DNA of 63,263 nt, counting the filler, from Chiloscyllium plagiosum (Eukaryota), in assembly GCF_004010195.1 (NCBI RefSeq). It is 4 parts of one record of this genome, joined end to end, with 100 filler letters (N's around TTAATTAATTAA, not from the genome) between each part and the next. Parts side by side here need not be neighbours in the genome. Positions count along the whole stretch, not along the records: positions 9,264 to 39,382 come from NC_057716.1; positions 39,483 to 59,125 come from NC_057716.1; 2 more parts are not named here. One strand, 5' to 3'. Both the position numbers and the translations under genes were made by a program. The notes under the pieces are model-generated. The model saw nothing but the letters and a program-made list of their open reading frames with translations, searched no databases and was not told the origin of the DNA. The number at the start of each line of letters is the position of its first letter. Positions within the stretch are counted from its first letter, which is position 1. Of the stretch, positions 34,534-48,049 are shown one piece after another.

Positions 34534-37399
34534 GATACCAGACATGGGGAGTGAGGATGCAAGGAGAGGTGAGGACATGGGGGCAGTAAGTACACTGGAG
34601 GAGGGAAGTTCCCTTTTGCTTCCTCTCTTGCCCCTTATCACTCCCTCTCTCTCCCCTTCTCTCCCTCCCCCTTTCACCCATCTCTTTCCCTTCTCCCCAA
34701 AGTCTCCTTGCCCCATTGTCCTCTCTGCTGCTTCACCTGACCTTTCTCCTGTGCATGTGCTGTAATCAGCAGACAGAACCAAACAATTATCCTTTAAAGT
34801 CTCCATTCACTTCCAGGATAAAACTGATCTAAGATCTCAACGATAGATAATCGATGTTTTTACCTGTGTGAAGCCCATTTTATTTGTGTTATCATGGTGA
34901 AGAGTTTTGCAATGGGAAGTGTACAGAGGAGGTCATTGTGCTATTAGGTTACAGGCTTTTTAAAAAAAATGTTACTGCATATCACAGAGTCCAAGATGAG
35001 GGTGAGTAACTAGAAGCTGGAAGTCTGTGATTAACTGTGTCAGACTCTACCAATGGAATACCTAAAAAAAGGAAAGAATCAAGACATCAAATAAAATCAC
35101 ATACTTTTGACAACAACTGTAGCAGTATTTTGAGCCCTTTATGTTTCACATTTTGTTGCAGACTTGAAACTTATGCTCAGTTTGAAGAGACCAAATTTGT
35201 GAGGAGTTAAGATGAGGCTGGAAGATATGACCGATTTACACTTGAGGTAGGATCCCTGTACTACTTTCATATTTCTTGGAAGCTTGAAATCTTAGAAAGA
35301 AAAAGAAAATCAAGAATCCTTTCAATTTGATTCTGGGAGAATTGAATATCTACTTTAAGACAGTGTAGCATACAGCCATGAATAGTATTTTCTCAGTTGT
35401 GCTAAAAATAAGAATTCCACGATGACACTTCCCGAGGAATCAAGGAGTATGGGTATCAGGCAGGAAAGTGGAACTGAGGCAGAAGTTTTGAATGGTGGGA
35501 GACATTCAAAGGAAAATATTTGCCTCATTCATATTTACTACACCCTTACTTTCTTAGATGGAAATAGACACTTTGAGTGATGGTATGATTGTGGTTGGGA
35601 GCTTATTTTGGCATCGAATATGATCCCAAATCAAATTAGATTGCATACAACATAATTTATTCTCAGAGTGTTGCCAGGAAGAAGGTTTGAATTGAGAATT
35701 AGGAGATTGAATTTAAAATGGAGAGCAAAGGCAATGAGTTCAAACTTCCCAATGTTAAATTGAAGGAAACTTCTGCTCATCCAGCACTGGATGTATATTA
35801 GCTATCTGATAGTAACAAATCTTAGTGATAATGGGAGTGTTTGGGAAATTGGTAATGGTGTTGAGTTGGGTGTTGGCAGGGCACATGTGAAAACAAATTC
35901 TGTGCTTTTGGATGATTACTGACAGTTAGGATGTCGATGAGAACTGGGAGGGTACCAAGGTAAATCCTTGGGTGACTGCAAAGAATGTGCCATATATTTT
36001 CAAATACCAGCTCTGCTGGCATGGTTTCTGCTCTGGTTATGTTCACTGGAATCATCTGGGATACCTTGTGTTGATTCACTACTCACCAGCTATTTCTTAA
36101 GTTATTAATCTCAGTAAGTAGATCGAAGTGAGAAAGGTACTAACTGTCTTATACAAATATGTGGAAGACGGATAAAAGTCCTTGAGGTAATACGTTAGCT
36201 ATGATTAAATGGAATGAAACCAGACGAGTGTAGCTCTAAAGCTGGACAACAGTGGCAAAATGTTGGAGGAGGATGTTGGAGGATGGATCAAAAATGATGA
36301 GCAGGAACAATTTAATTTTGTAATAATCACATGTTACTTTATGATTTTGTTAAGAACTGTTTTGGCATGGGGTGGTTGGATGTGTCCTAATTATGAGGAT
36401 GCACATGTACACATTTTAGGGCACTTTTTGGCATTTAAGTAATTCCCAATATCCTGGTCCCATTCACTTTCTTTTTCAACATGAATGTCCAGTCCCTCTA
36501 CATCACCGTCCCCCACCAGATGATATGAGGGGCCTCCACTGCTTTTTTAAAGGTGTAACTAGTCCCAATCCGCCAGCACCCTTTTTCTCTCTGCAGATGC
36601 TCCCTGACTTGTTGAGTATTTTGAATATATCTTTTTTATTAAAACAGGGCTAGTTTGTTGTGCAGCAATGCAATTACTTATAATGAACAGCAGTTGCTCT
36701 GAAACCTAACCTACCTCGGGCGAAAGGCCAACTCAATCCTCGAGTGCCTGCTGTTAAGGATTAGTTAGTTACTTCAGAACTTTCATCCATAGCATGAGTG
36801 AAAGAAGAAACTAGTTCTGCAAAGGCAATTAGGTTCAGGCACTCAGAATCATCAAGGGGACAGCATATTATCAGCACAAATGAATACTTATAACTATTTC
36901 CTAATTGGAAGAATTTGCCACTTTCACTGAAGAATTTTGTTAAAGTAGGATGCCAATAAGTTCTCTTCAAGTTAAAAGTAAATTATCATGTTCACAAATC
37001 CCATTAGTAACTTTTTTATATTCTTTCATTGAGGACTGAGCAGTAATTTCTGCTGCATTTCATTAATGACAGCTTGTCAATTGGTAAAGACCCATTTATC
37101 CTTACTCTGCTTCCTGCTCGCAAACCAATCCTTTGTTCATGCTATTCTTCCTTCACCATTACCTCTTATTTTGTGCAGCAACCTTCGTGGTACTTTAGCA
37201 ATGAGAAATCTAAGTGTACTGCATCTACTGGTTCCCTTCTATCCACTATGAATGTTACTTCTTCAAAAAAGCTCTAATAGATTTGCTAAACACAATTTCA
37301 CCTTCACGTAGTTGTGTAGACTCTGCCTGACTAAGTTGAGATTTTTCTAAGTATTCTGCTAGAACCTCCTAATTAATGAATTTGAGACCTTCATTGTGA

Positions 37400-38468
37400 G
37401 GGGACTAATATACTGGGAGGGAGATTTGCTAGAGCAGCTCAGGAGGATTTAAACTAGTAAGGTGTTGTGTGGGACCCAGGGAGATAGTGAGGAAAGAGAT
37501 CAACCTGAGACTGGTACAGTTGAGAAAAGAAGTGAGTCAAACAGTCAGGGCAGCAGGAACAAAGCAGAGAACAAGATAGTACTGATAAATTAAACTGCAT
37601 TTATTTCAATGCAAGAGGCCTAACAGGGAAGGCAGATGAACTCAGGGCATGGTGAGGAACATGGATATCATAGCAATTATAGAAACATGGCTCAGGGATG
37701 GACAGGACTGGTAGCTTAATGTTCCAGGATGCAAATGCTACAGAAAGGGAGGCAAGAGAGCAGGAGGAGTGGTGTTTTTGATAAGGGACAGCTTTACAGC
37801 TATACAGAGGGAGGATATTGCAGGAAATACATTTGGGTGGAAGTTTTTTGGGTTAAACTGAGAAATAGGAAAGGGTTGATCACCTTATTGGGATTGTATT
37901 ATAGACCCCCTAATAGTCAGAGGGAAATTAGACAAACAAATTTGAAAGGAGATCTCAGTTATCTGTAAGAATAATATGGTGGTTATGGTAGGAGATTTTA
38001 ATTTTCCAAACATAGACTGGGACTGCCATAGTGTTAAGGGTTTAGATGCAGAGGAATTTGTTAAGAATGTACAAGAAAATTTTCTGATTCAGTGTGTGGA
38101 TGTACCTACCAGAGAAGGTGCAAAACGTGTCCTACTCTTGGGAAATAAGGCAGGGCAGGTGACTGAGGTGTCAGTGGGGGAGCACTTTAGGGCCAGCGAC
38201 CATAATTCTATTAGTTTTAAAATAGTGATGGAAAAGGATAGACCAGATCTAACAGTTGAAGGAAGGCTAAATTGGAGGAAGGCTAATTTTGATGGTATTA
38301 GAGAAGAATTTTCAAAAGCTGATTGGGGGCAGATGTTCGCAGGTAAATGGACGGCTGGAAATTGGGAAGCCTTCAGAAATGAGATAATGAGAGTCCAGAG
38401 ACAGTCTATTTCTGTTCGGGTGAAAGGAAAGACTAGTAGGTATAGAGAATGCTGGATGACTAGAGAAA
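37400..38468 (+). mobile_element. CR1 LINE ORF1 end and ORF2 APE endonuclease region (frameshifted)
   Basis: LNCIYFNARGLTGKADELRAW; IAIIETWL; LGLYYRPPNS; VVMVGDFNFPNIDW; SDHNSISF; NWRKANF. Confidence 0.92.
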
Positions 38469-38469
38469 G

Positions 38470-39382
38470 CATATGTCAGGTAAGCTACTTAGTGTTCTTG
38501 TTTTGGAGACTAAGTGTAGAGTTATGGCAGCGCAGGCAGTGGAATGTTCCTCCTGCAGGATGTTTGAGGTAGGGGTGACCACCGATGCAGGAAGTGCAGC
38601 CAGCTCCAGCTCCTCACAGACCGCGTTAGGGAACTGGAGCTGGAGTTGGATGAACTGAGAATTATTCGAGAGGCTGAGAGGGTGATAGATAGAAGCTACA
38701 GGGACATAGTTACGCCAGAGAACAGAGGTAGCTGGGTAGCAGTTAGAGGTGGGAAGGGGAGGAAGCAGGCAGTGCAGGGATCGCCTGTGGTCGTTCCCCT
38801 CACAATAAGTATACCGCTTTGGATACTGTTGGGGGGGACGGCCTAGCAGGGGTAAGCTGCAGTGACCGGGTCTCTGGCACGAGGTCCGGCTCTGAGGCTC
38901 AGAAGGGAAAGGGGGAGAGGAGGAGAGCGCTAGTTATAGGAGACTCTATAGTTAGAGGGACAGACAGACGGTTCTGTGGACATGGACGAGACTCTCGGTT
39001 GGTTTGTTGCCTCCTGGGTGCCAGGGTCCGAGATGTCTCGGACCGTGTCTTCAGAATCCTTAAGGGGGAGGGTGTGCAGCCAGAAGTCGTGGTGCACATT
39101 GGCACCAACGACATAGGTAGGAAGAGGGGTGGGGAGGTCATTCATGAGCTCAGGGAGTTAGGCTGGAAGCGCCTGTTTCCACACTGTAAGTAATCTAATC
39201 TAATCTAATCTAATCTAATCTGAAAGCTAGGACCGACAGAGTTGTCATCTCTGGGTTGTTGCTGGTGCCACGTGACAGTGAGGCAAGGAATAGGGAGAGA
39301 GTGCAGTTGAACACGTGGCTGCAAGGATGGTGTAGGAGGGAGGGCTTCAGGTATTTGGACAATTGGACTGCATTCTGGGGAA
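38470..39382 (+). mobile_element. Second CR1 LINE 5' portion: ORF1 with Cys motif and SGNH/GDSL esterase domain
   Basis: MAAQAVECSSCRMFEV; RALVIGDSIVRG (block I); VVVHIGTNDIG (block III); VVISGLL...QLNTWLQGWCRREGFRYLDNW. Ends at a gap. Confidence 0.92.
39171..39220 (+). mobile_element. 50-nt V-SINE/CR1 tail-only insertion in CR1 ORF1
   Basis: GCCTGTTTCCACACTGTAAG(TAATC)6 matches the SINE ends near 5540-5570 and 48683-48733. Removing it restores the frame GWKLKARTDRVVISG. Confidence 0.88.
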
Positions 39383-39482
39383 NNNNNNNNNNNNNNNNNN
39401 NNNNNNNNNNNNNNNNNNNNNNNNNNTTAATTAATTAANNNNNNNNNNNNNNNNNNNNNNNNNNNNNNNNNNNNNNNNNNNN
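39383..39482. other. Assembly join with TTAATTAATTAA linker
   Basis: 44 N + linker (39427-39438) + 44 N. Confidence 0.95.
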
Positions 39483-39640
39483 ACTCTCTCCCCACCCCCC
39501 CCCTCCTCTAGCTTATCTCTCCACGCTTCAGGCTCTCTGCCTTTATTCCTGATGAAGGGCTTTTGCCCGAAACGTCGATTTTGCCTGTCCTCGGATGCTG
39601 CCTGAATTGCTGTGCTCTTCCAGCACCACTGATCCAGAAT
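39483..39640 (+). mobile_element. PLE 3' terminus with intact minimal hammerhead motif
   Basis: CTGATGA-A-GGGC-TTTT-GCCC-GAAA-CG-TC at 39549-39576, then GGATGCTGCCTGAATTGCTGTGCTCTTCCAGCA. Confidence 0.85.
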
Positions 39641-40519
39641 AGTGAAAAGTGAATAACCTCCCAATTAATGGCATTCAGTTGTCACCAAAGTAATAATATA
39701 ATTTGGTAGTGCTATTTTCTTTGTTAGACTGATTGGTCACTTTTCTTAGGAATGTTTCAAAGTGTTTCAAAGAACTGTTTTGAATCCAGTTATTATTATG
39801 GCAGGCATTCAACATGCATTAAGGTTCCACAAAGATCAAGGGAATGAATGGTTGGTTAATCATTTAAGAGTGAGATTTGGTATGGTAGGCCAGTTGGTCA
39901 CGACACTGGAAAACCCTGCTTTAAGTGACATAGGAAGGTGAGGTCTGTTGGAACTGAGAAATGTAACTTTCACGTTTAGGCACTTACGACAGAATGTACT
40001 GTCAGTTGTGTGGGTCCTGCTGACAGACCTGGGTATTGCTGTTTGGGATGGTATCAGGAGGCCAGTCAGTTAACAAGATAGACATGCAAGGCCTGGTGAA
40101 TCAAATAAGGTGGTGGGAATGGAGAGACGTGGAGGTAGCAATGTGATTTACATAACGTGACTCCCAAATGACAATCAGAAATGATTTCAGTGCTTCTGAG
40201 CTTCCTGTATTGCTGAACCAGCAATTACAAGGACTCCAGCTTCTGGCACAGACCGTAAGCCTTATGTCTCCCCGAGACGAAGAGGTATCAGCCCCCATTC
40301 AACAGAGTAAAACAAGAGGCTGTGCACATAGATAGGCCATATTTAATATTGAGTCCATCTTTGGATCTGTGTTTTTTTCTGTTCAGAAGATGAACTCGAA
40401 ATGTTAACTCTATTTCTCTCACCATAGATGTTGCCCGGCTTAATTCATACCTCCAGTATTCTCTATTTTTATTTCGGATTTCCAGTAGCGGTAGCAATTT
40501 GCTTTTATTAGGACAGTTA

Positions 40520-41340
40520 AGTAGTGGGCAAAGTCTGCCAAATGGAGTACAATGAGGGGAAAAAGTAAATTGTACATTGTGGTAGCAAGAATATTACATC
40601 AGTAATCTATCCCAATAGTGAGAGATCGCAGAAGTTGGAGATGCAGAGGAATTTGGTGTCCTAGTGTATGTATCACAAAAGGATAGTCGGCAGATACAGC
40701 AGGTAATTAGGAAAGCTAATAGAATGTTATTGCTTATTGCAAGGGAAACTGAATAGAAAAGTGAATTGTAATGCTTAAACTATATAAGGCACTGCTGAGA
40801 CCATATGTAGAATAATGTACAGTATTAATAGTGTTAGTTAGGGAAGAATGTAACAGTTCAGAGAATGTTTACTAGGCACATACCTGAAATGGGTGTGTTG
40901 TCTTATGAAGGCAGATTGGATAGGCTGAATTGCATCTGGTAGAGTTTAGAAGAGTAAGAGATGACTTGATTGAAACACAAAGATCCTCAGGGGGTTTGAT
41001 AGAACTGACGTGGAAAGGATATCTCTTCTTGTGGGGGAATCCAGAATTCAGCACCACAGTTTAAAAATAAAGGGTCACCCACTTAAGACAGTGATGAGGA
41101 AATTTGTTTTCCCCTTGGTTGGCTTAGCATATTTGGAACTTCTTTCATCAAAAGGCAGTGGAAGCGGAGTCTTTGAATATTTTCAAAGACAAAGGTAGAT
41201 AGATTCTTGGTAAGCAAGGGAGTGAAATGTTATCAGGGAAGGTAGAGTTGAAGTAACAATCATATTAGCGATGGTCTTATTAAAGGGTGGAGCAGGCTTG
41301 GGGTGCTCAACGTCCTATGTCTGCTCCTTGCTCACATGCT
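40520..41340 (+). mobile_element. Old CR1 LINE RT C-terminus to 3' end
   Basis: Degenerate equivalents of WQMEYN..K, KANRML, LYKALLRP, HSLKIKGHPLKTVMRK. CR1-like 3' UTR. Confidence 0.85.
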
Positions 41341-41341
41341 A

Positions 41342-41520
41342 TTTTAGGGAAGGAAATCTACCATCGTCATCCAGTCTGGTCTAGATGTAACTGCAGAATA
41401 TAACCATGTGGTTAACTCTTTACCTTCTGTAAATGCCCCAAGAAGCAACTCTCTTCAAGGACAGTTAGGCCACAAATACTGGTCTGTCCAACAACATCTA
41501 CACCCCACTGAAGGATAAAC
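41342..41520 (+). mobile_element. 3' half of the tRNA-SINE seen at 12348
   Basis: TTTAGGGAAGGAAATCTACCATC...GTCTGGTCTAGATGTAACT...TGTGGTTAACTCTT matches 12541-12625. Confidence 0.7.
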
Positions 41521-42502
41521 TGGTAGGTAATACCTGGTGGGTATGAGAGTAAAAACTTACTACCTGACAAAATTCGATTTTGCGGACAGTTACAGAAATC
41601 TGATGTGCTCTACTTTATAAAGCATTAATCATATTGTGACTACAAATCTGTTTTTAGTGCCATTATGGCAGTTCTTTGTATATAAAAAAAGAAAACACCA
41701 AATTTGATTACTGATTTAACTCAAAAGCATTACCTTGCTGTGCAGAACGGATGACCAAATGTGGGAAAGCTGCCGCATGAAATCTAAGTGTGTCACACTC
41801 AATAAATTATGGATAGATTATACTCATACAACAGCAATGATAAAAGTTCATGCTGAATGAATACTGAGCTGTAGCAGGCTGTTTCATATGAACAGAAGTT
41901 TCTCATTTCACTGCATGTCCTTGTATGAAATCCTGGTGTAGACATAATTTATCAAACCCAAAGTTGTGTCACAAAATCCAAAGATTTAGATGACTCCCTT
42001 CATCCAAGGGAGAAGGTGGGGTGAACGTAGCTGAATTTGGAGGTCAGCATGGGGATAAGCCATGAGGGGCAGTAAATAACCTGGGATATTTTTAGCAGGG
42101 GTGTGACTGGGCAAAGCAAAAAAAACAAAATTTTGTTTTATCAGGCTAAGCTCACATTCACTGCCATGGTCACAAAATGGTATAATTCAGTTGCAAGCAG
42201 AGATATAATTTATGGCACAAAGCCAAATAATTTGATAGAAAATCGATTTGTTGTCAATCTTGTCAAATAAATTGAAGGGAATAAGAAGCTGACTTCCTTT
42301 ATTTCACTAAATTTCTGAAAAGCCACCTGCTCTTTAGCAAGACTTTTGTAATTGCTTTGCACCAATATCTTATCATTACAGCATTCTTTAAAACAGCAGA
42401 ATGATAGTTATCTCTACTGTATCACATGCATAAACACAAATAATTCACCATTAGTTCAAAGATTGCTCCTTATAATGAATTACCCCAAACAGCTTTTAAA
42501 AT

Positions 42503-42714
42503 GTTAAAAGTCACACAGCACCAGGTTATAGTCCAACAGGTTTATTTGGAAGCACTAGCTTTTGAAGCGCTGCTCCTTCATCAGATGGTTGACCTGAAGA
42601 AGAAGCAGGGCTTTGAAAACTAGTGATTCCAAATAAACCTGTTGGACTATAACCTGGCATTGTGTGATTTTTAACTTTGTACACCCTGGTCTAACACCGG
42701 CATCTCCAAATCAT
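42503..42714 (+). mobile_element. Fold-back mini-element (second family) with hammerhead-like motifs on both arms and a 39-nt tail
   Basis: Arms 42503-~42587 and ~42591-42675 are inverted repeats (CCAGGTTATAGTCCAACAGGTTTATTTGGAA / TTCCAAATAAACCTGTTGGACTATAACCTGG). The minus arm reads CTGATGA-A-GGAGC-AGC-GCTTC-AAAA-GC-TA. Confidence 0.85.
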
Positions 42715-45700
42715 AACATTGAAAAGAAAACACTCTTCAGTGCAATATTTTGTACAGATTGCACTTATAAGGAAGTCTGTTGCAATATTACCTTTAATTA
42801 AATTGTGTGTGAAACCACAGCCCATTCCATCTAATCTGAGTGATCAGATCAGATTTCATTTTGCACATACTGTGAAATAATCTATTAGGAAGTAGCACTT
42901 GGAAGATTGCAAGGGCACTGAAGTACAGTCAGCAAAACAATCAGGGTTGAAATATAGCGGATTTGAGGTTCTATACTGTCTACACAGTTCTATGATATCT
43001 ACACCTGTTGTGCCTAGGCTGCTGAACACCCATAAACACATCTGTCACTGTGATCAAACACCTGTTAACAAAGAGCAGTTCATCTGAAAAGTATGTGTAA
43101 ATGCAACACTAACAAAACGCCTTGCCTGAACCCAAGTTGTTTTCTCCATCTATGAACTGGGAAGCATATTCATAGACTCTGAACATCCTGTGATACCTTG
43201 CTCCTGTGGTCATTTCTTATGTTCACCTCGGCAGTGATTGTCTGCAGGTCTTTCAAAAGCAGATAACATCGCAGTCTAGACTGATCCTGGGATCAACTAG
43301 CGCACACACCCCACTTCCAGCAGGTACCCTTGAGGAATCAGAAGTAGGTATCTTGGTATTCAATTCATCCACCCCTTTAAAGTTGGTGAGGCTGACTGCA
43401 AGTCTTCCACCATAGCCTCTGCTGAGATTAGTTAACATTGTCTCCACAGTTCAGGTAGCCACTGGATGAACTCTCTAAACCAGCAGAAGAGTTTGCTAAT
43501 CTCGGTAACAACTAGCTGGAATTACATTGGATGCTTACTTCCTGTCAACTCTTAAGAGCAAAAGATTGCCCCAAAGATAAGACTACCAGTGCATTATATA
43601 GTTCTAAAAATCACTTACTTAAAAACAAGCAGTTTCCTAACTCTCCCTCGTGAGGATTGCATATGAGTCAAATTACAAACATAAACCCACATCTCATCAC
43701 ATTAATCCAGCTTTTCATTTTTGTTGTGATTTAATTCATCTCATGTCACTGAAGGATGTAAGTTAGATTTACCCTAGTTAGATTTCATTTGCCAGGCACC
43801 CTCTGGAATAAGCACTCCTAAATTAGCGAATGAAATAAAGATCACCCACCACTTAAATCCCCAGATTACTGCTGTTGTATGTTAAAGTTATAATAAATGG
43901 TTCTGAAATGCCTTTCTGTAAATTCAAGTTACAGCTAATATACTGATGGGAATTGTCTTTACACAATACTCTACCAGTGCTAACAAAATTTAACATATTA
44001 CTCCAGATCTGCGAACATTCTTTCCACATACTTTTGAAATTTAATTTTCCAAAGTGCTGCTTGATGTCAGATTGACAGGGTTGTTGCGTAGCCTGACAAA
44101 ATTGATCTTCTCTCCATACAGGCTGCCTGAGAAAAATCACCCACAAGCTGACTTTTTTTTCAAAAAAGCAGACTTTGTAAAACAAAGTGACACCTCAGGA
44201 AAGGAGCCTACCCCTACACCTACAGTGAGGCAGGGACTTACTGTAACTTAAGCTGCATGTACAATGTTCTTCATCATGAAGACTGTAATCCAGCATTTTC
44301 TCTTTCTTCATAGCTGCTTCATGCAAAATAGAAGTGAGGTTGTATGGACATTTTGGGGTTCTCTTATCAAATCTGAGCTTGCTACAGTGGCATGGAATCA
44401 CGTAATAAAGATATAATTCTTCCTACCTATTCAGTTTACATTGATGTCCCTCTCCTTCTCCTTCCTCTCCCTAGGTCACAACAGCATTTATATTCAACCT
44501 ATCCCCCAGTTATACACTTGCCTTTAATTAAGTCTGAAGTGTTACTTTACCACAATTTAACTCAATGATAAAATGACCTTAGTTCCTGGAGAAGACTGTT
44601 AACGCTCCCTTGGATGTGGAAGGATGAATTATATCCAGTTTTTGATGGTACCCATCACTTACACCACCTCGACCACATTCCCACAACCCTCTCCAAATCA
44701 AGCTATCCCAGCAAGGATATTGCCCAAGTCTCTTGTCACCTCAAAACTTGGCTACATGTTGTGGATGAGAATGCCCCATTCTGCAAGACTTTCACATTTA
44801 TGCTAATGGTGTGCAGTTGGTGGCAAGTAATTAACACAAAGGGAATAAGATCTGCATCTTCAACATTCTGAATTGGATTTCTGTGGGTACCAAGAGCATC
44901 ACTGAGGTTTTAGAGGTAAGGGCAGTTCCCCACTGCAATAAAACTGCTGCTCTAATTTTGTAGGCATCGGTTTTATCACTTGGTCCTAGTCACAGTATAA
45001 AAATAGCCTTGATCAGCATTAAAATATGAAAAGGAAACGGATTCTTCAAACTTGTGAGGACAGTTTGGAAGATTATTATACTGTACCATAAGCCTGGGGA
45101 TAAAACTGAAGTTCTTTTCACATGACTGTACTTTTGTTTTGTAGTTAGCTGTCCTCATCAATGCCCCTTTGCTGTCTATTAAGAGTTATTTCTAAACATT
45201 GATATATTTTCAGTGACTGGGTTTTTGTTGAATGCTGCTCCACATGAAACTCATATTAACTGATTTGCATTGAGTGATGTAATTATCCTTTTTACTGCTT
45301 TAATACAGAGTACTGCTTAGTTCAGTAGGTATTGGTTAGGTTATTGTTATAGACTGTTATGACCCTGCATGGGATGCGTTTTCACTGTGCATTCATCCAC
45401 CACTGTTTCTGGAGTTTAGCCCAGCTTGTGACCTTCTTTCATCCCTGCTGCTTGAATAAACTAGTCCCATAATACAAATCAGAATAATTACAAGCAATAG
45501 AGGGATTAAGAGCTACTTTAGCACTGAAAAACTTTGGTTGGACAATGATGTCACACAAAGCAGGAGTTCTGCACTGTTTGATATTTCGCAGCCAATCTCA
45601 CTGGCTAACCAACCACTTGTATTTAACTGATCTTACAAATACTGATAAATGAATAACGTCTGATCCAGATTGCAAAGGGGTTAGGGGCTAGTGGGAAGGG

Positions 45701-46529
45701 AGTGAGAGCAATTTGTGCCTTAGCACATAAAATAAAATGGTAAATTCTAGTTGGCATTTGGAATTTTCCACACAGCGATTTAAGTGTCACAGTTATGCTG
45801 ACACTATGAGCAAACATTTCCTTTCATGGTGGTATGAATCTCCTGATGTTCTTCTGTTTATCTATTTTTTTGGATGCAGTCAAATGAAATTAATTGGAGT
45901 TGCCAGCTTCTACTTTAATTGACTATGACCAGCTCCATTATCTTGGGTCTCAATCCATTTTTTGCACTGATACATCCACCCAGAAGCGCTTGGGCAAAGC
46001 CAATGAGTAAACTGCCCTCCCATTCTCTGGTCCATAGGAAGTGCAGAGAGCATGGAAATTCCTGGGAAAGCCAAAAGGGGGGGAAGAAGAGGCTTCAAAC
46101 GTAGGCCTTTTGCTTAACATTCAAAAATTAGCCAATGTTTTTATGATAATTTATTGAAAACATGATAGCTCAGAAGAAGGCTGTTTAACTCATCAGGTCA
46201 AAGTAAACTGAAATTGAGTTATCCAGCCTATCCTCACATCCCAACACTTGACCTAGACCTTCTAATCCTTTCACCAACTACCTTAAATCTATGTTGACTG
46301 GTAATGAACTCTCTGCTAAGGGCAATGTTTTTTAAAAAATTGTTCTTCAGATGTGTATATTATTGGCAAAAGCATCACTTATTGTCCATCGTTAATTATT
46401 TTTTACAAGGTGGTGCTGCAATCCTTGTGGTGCAGGTACATTCACAGTACTGTTAGTGAAAGAGCTTTAGCCCTCATCTTTATACTTCTTATTTATATCC
46501 CCTGCAATTCAGTCCATATTGCTCCTTAA

Positions 46530-46690
46530 TGTCATTTAGGTAAGGACAACTGACATCCTTACCCAGTCTGGGCTACATGTAACTTCACACCGTAGCAATG
46601 TGGTTAAATGCAGTTAGGGCCAATTAGGGATGAGCAAGAAATACTGGCCTAGCTAGTGATAGCCACACCCCATAAACAAATAAAAAGGAA
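46530..46690 (+). mobile_element. 3' half of the tRNA-SINE seen at 12348
   Basis: CATCCTTACCCAGTCTGGGCTACATGTAACT...AATTAGGGATGAGCAAGAAATACTGGCCT. Confidence 0.7.
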
Positions 46691-46849
46691 CATCTCCAGT
46701 GAAAAGCAAGGAAACTAGCACAAAGCCCTCATTGTCCCTCCTGTGGAATAGTGTTCTCTTTGTAAAATCATTCATTGATTGTTACCCTTTGCTTCATATC
46801 ACTAAGTCATTTTTTTATAATAATCTGCCCTTGGATCTTATGATCCAGA

Positions 46850-47300
46850 CTGAAGTAGGTAGAGTAAAACTTCGGAAGGACATTGAAATGTTAGGAGAGT
46901 GGTGGATCGGTGGCTGAGAAAGTTAATCTCAAAGAAGTATGAAGAAATACAGAGGGACAATATCTACGAAGGGTACAACTCAAAAGGAGACCTGGATGTA
47001 TAATATGGATATCCAAGATGATACTAGTTTGGTCTCAATGGAGTACTGTGTTCCAATTTAGGTACCACATTTCAGGAAGGATGTGAAGGCATCACAGAGA
47101 GTGCAAAAGAGATTCACAAAAATGGTTTCAGAGTTGAATAACTTCAGTTATGAAGACTGATTGAAGAAACCGGGACTCTTCTCCTTGGTCAGATGAAGGC
47201 TGAGAGGTTGAAGTATTCAAAATCATGATGTCTAGACAAAGTAAATGTGGAGAAACTGTTCCTATGTGTGAAAGAATCAAGAACAGGGCTCAGGACCTGA
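46850..47300 (+). mobile_element. Heavily decayed CR1 RT C-terminal fragment
   Basis: Degenerate EYCV...PHFRKDVKASQRVQKRFTKMV...FSYED.LKKPGLFSL. Confidence 0.7.
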
Positions 47301-48049
47301 CGAAAAACTTGGCTAAAATTTGTGTAAACTACAACAAATATGGCCCCATCATCAAATATTTTATCGAAATGATGACAGGATCAATCAGGTTTGTTAAACA
47401 TATTCTTCCTCAAACAAATCCACATTGACTTCCCCAATGAATCAATGCCTTTCTAAATGATAACTTATACTGTTGCAGAGAACATTTGTTCAATAATTTG
47501 TCTAGCCTTGTGGTTAGGTCTCCAACAATTAATTGATCTCCCTTTCCTAAACAACAACGTACATTAGCAGAACTCCCGCACCTCACCTGTGGACAAACAA
47601 GAATTTCTTTGTTGCAATGCCTTCCATTGCTCTGACACCAATTTATCTTCAAATATCTGTTTCCAGGTCACTCTTGCCAAATTCCACTTAGTCAATTTAC
47701 CCTTTTGCCATTGAGAGCTTTTGCAGAACTTAGTTTTTGCCCTTTTCCAGGACTACATTACATCCAGGCAAAATATGATCAGTACCATAAAAATACTGTT
47801 CATTGATGCCAGTTCTGCCTATCCAATATCAATTCCTAAAACTAAGCTCAGATGCCAGAGCAGCCCTTTCTCTTGATGGCATTCCCATGTATCTGCTCCC
47901 TTTGTCCTTTTAGGTACAATGAGTGAATGTTTAAAGAGGAGGATGGAGTGCTGTTCAAGCAGATATAGGACTCCTAAGATGGTTTTAAGCTTTGGGGACA
48001 TTGGAGGCATTAATGACACACAAACAACAAAGTTCATCATTGCCTCCAA

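Noticed and set aside
34590..34760. Pro/Ser/Leu-rich and Gly/Glu/Arg-rich ORFs
   Set aside because: Translation artefacts of a pyrimidine-rich low-complexity tract.
35162..35246. Plus-strand exon-like segment (ttttgttgcag ... GAG|gtagga)
   Set aside because: Stops in all three frames and no partner exons.
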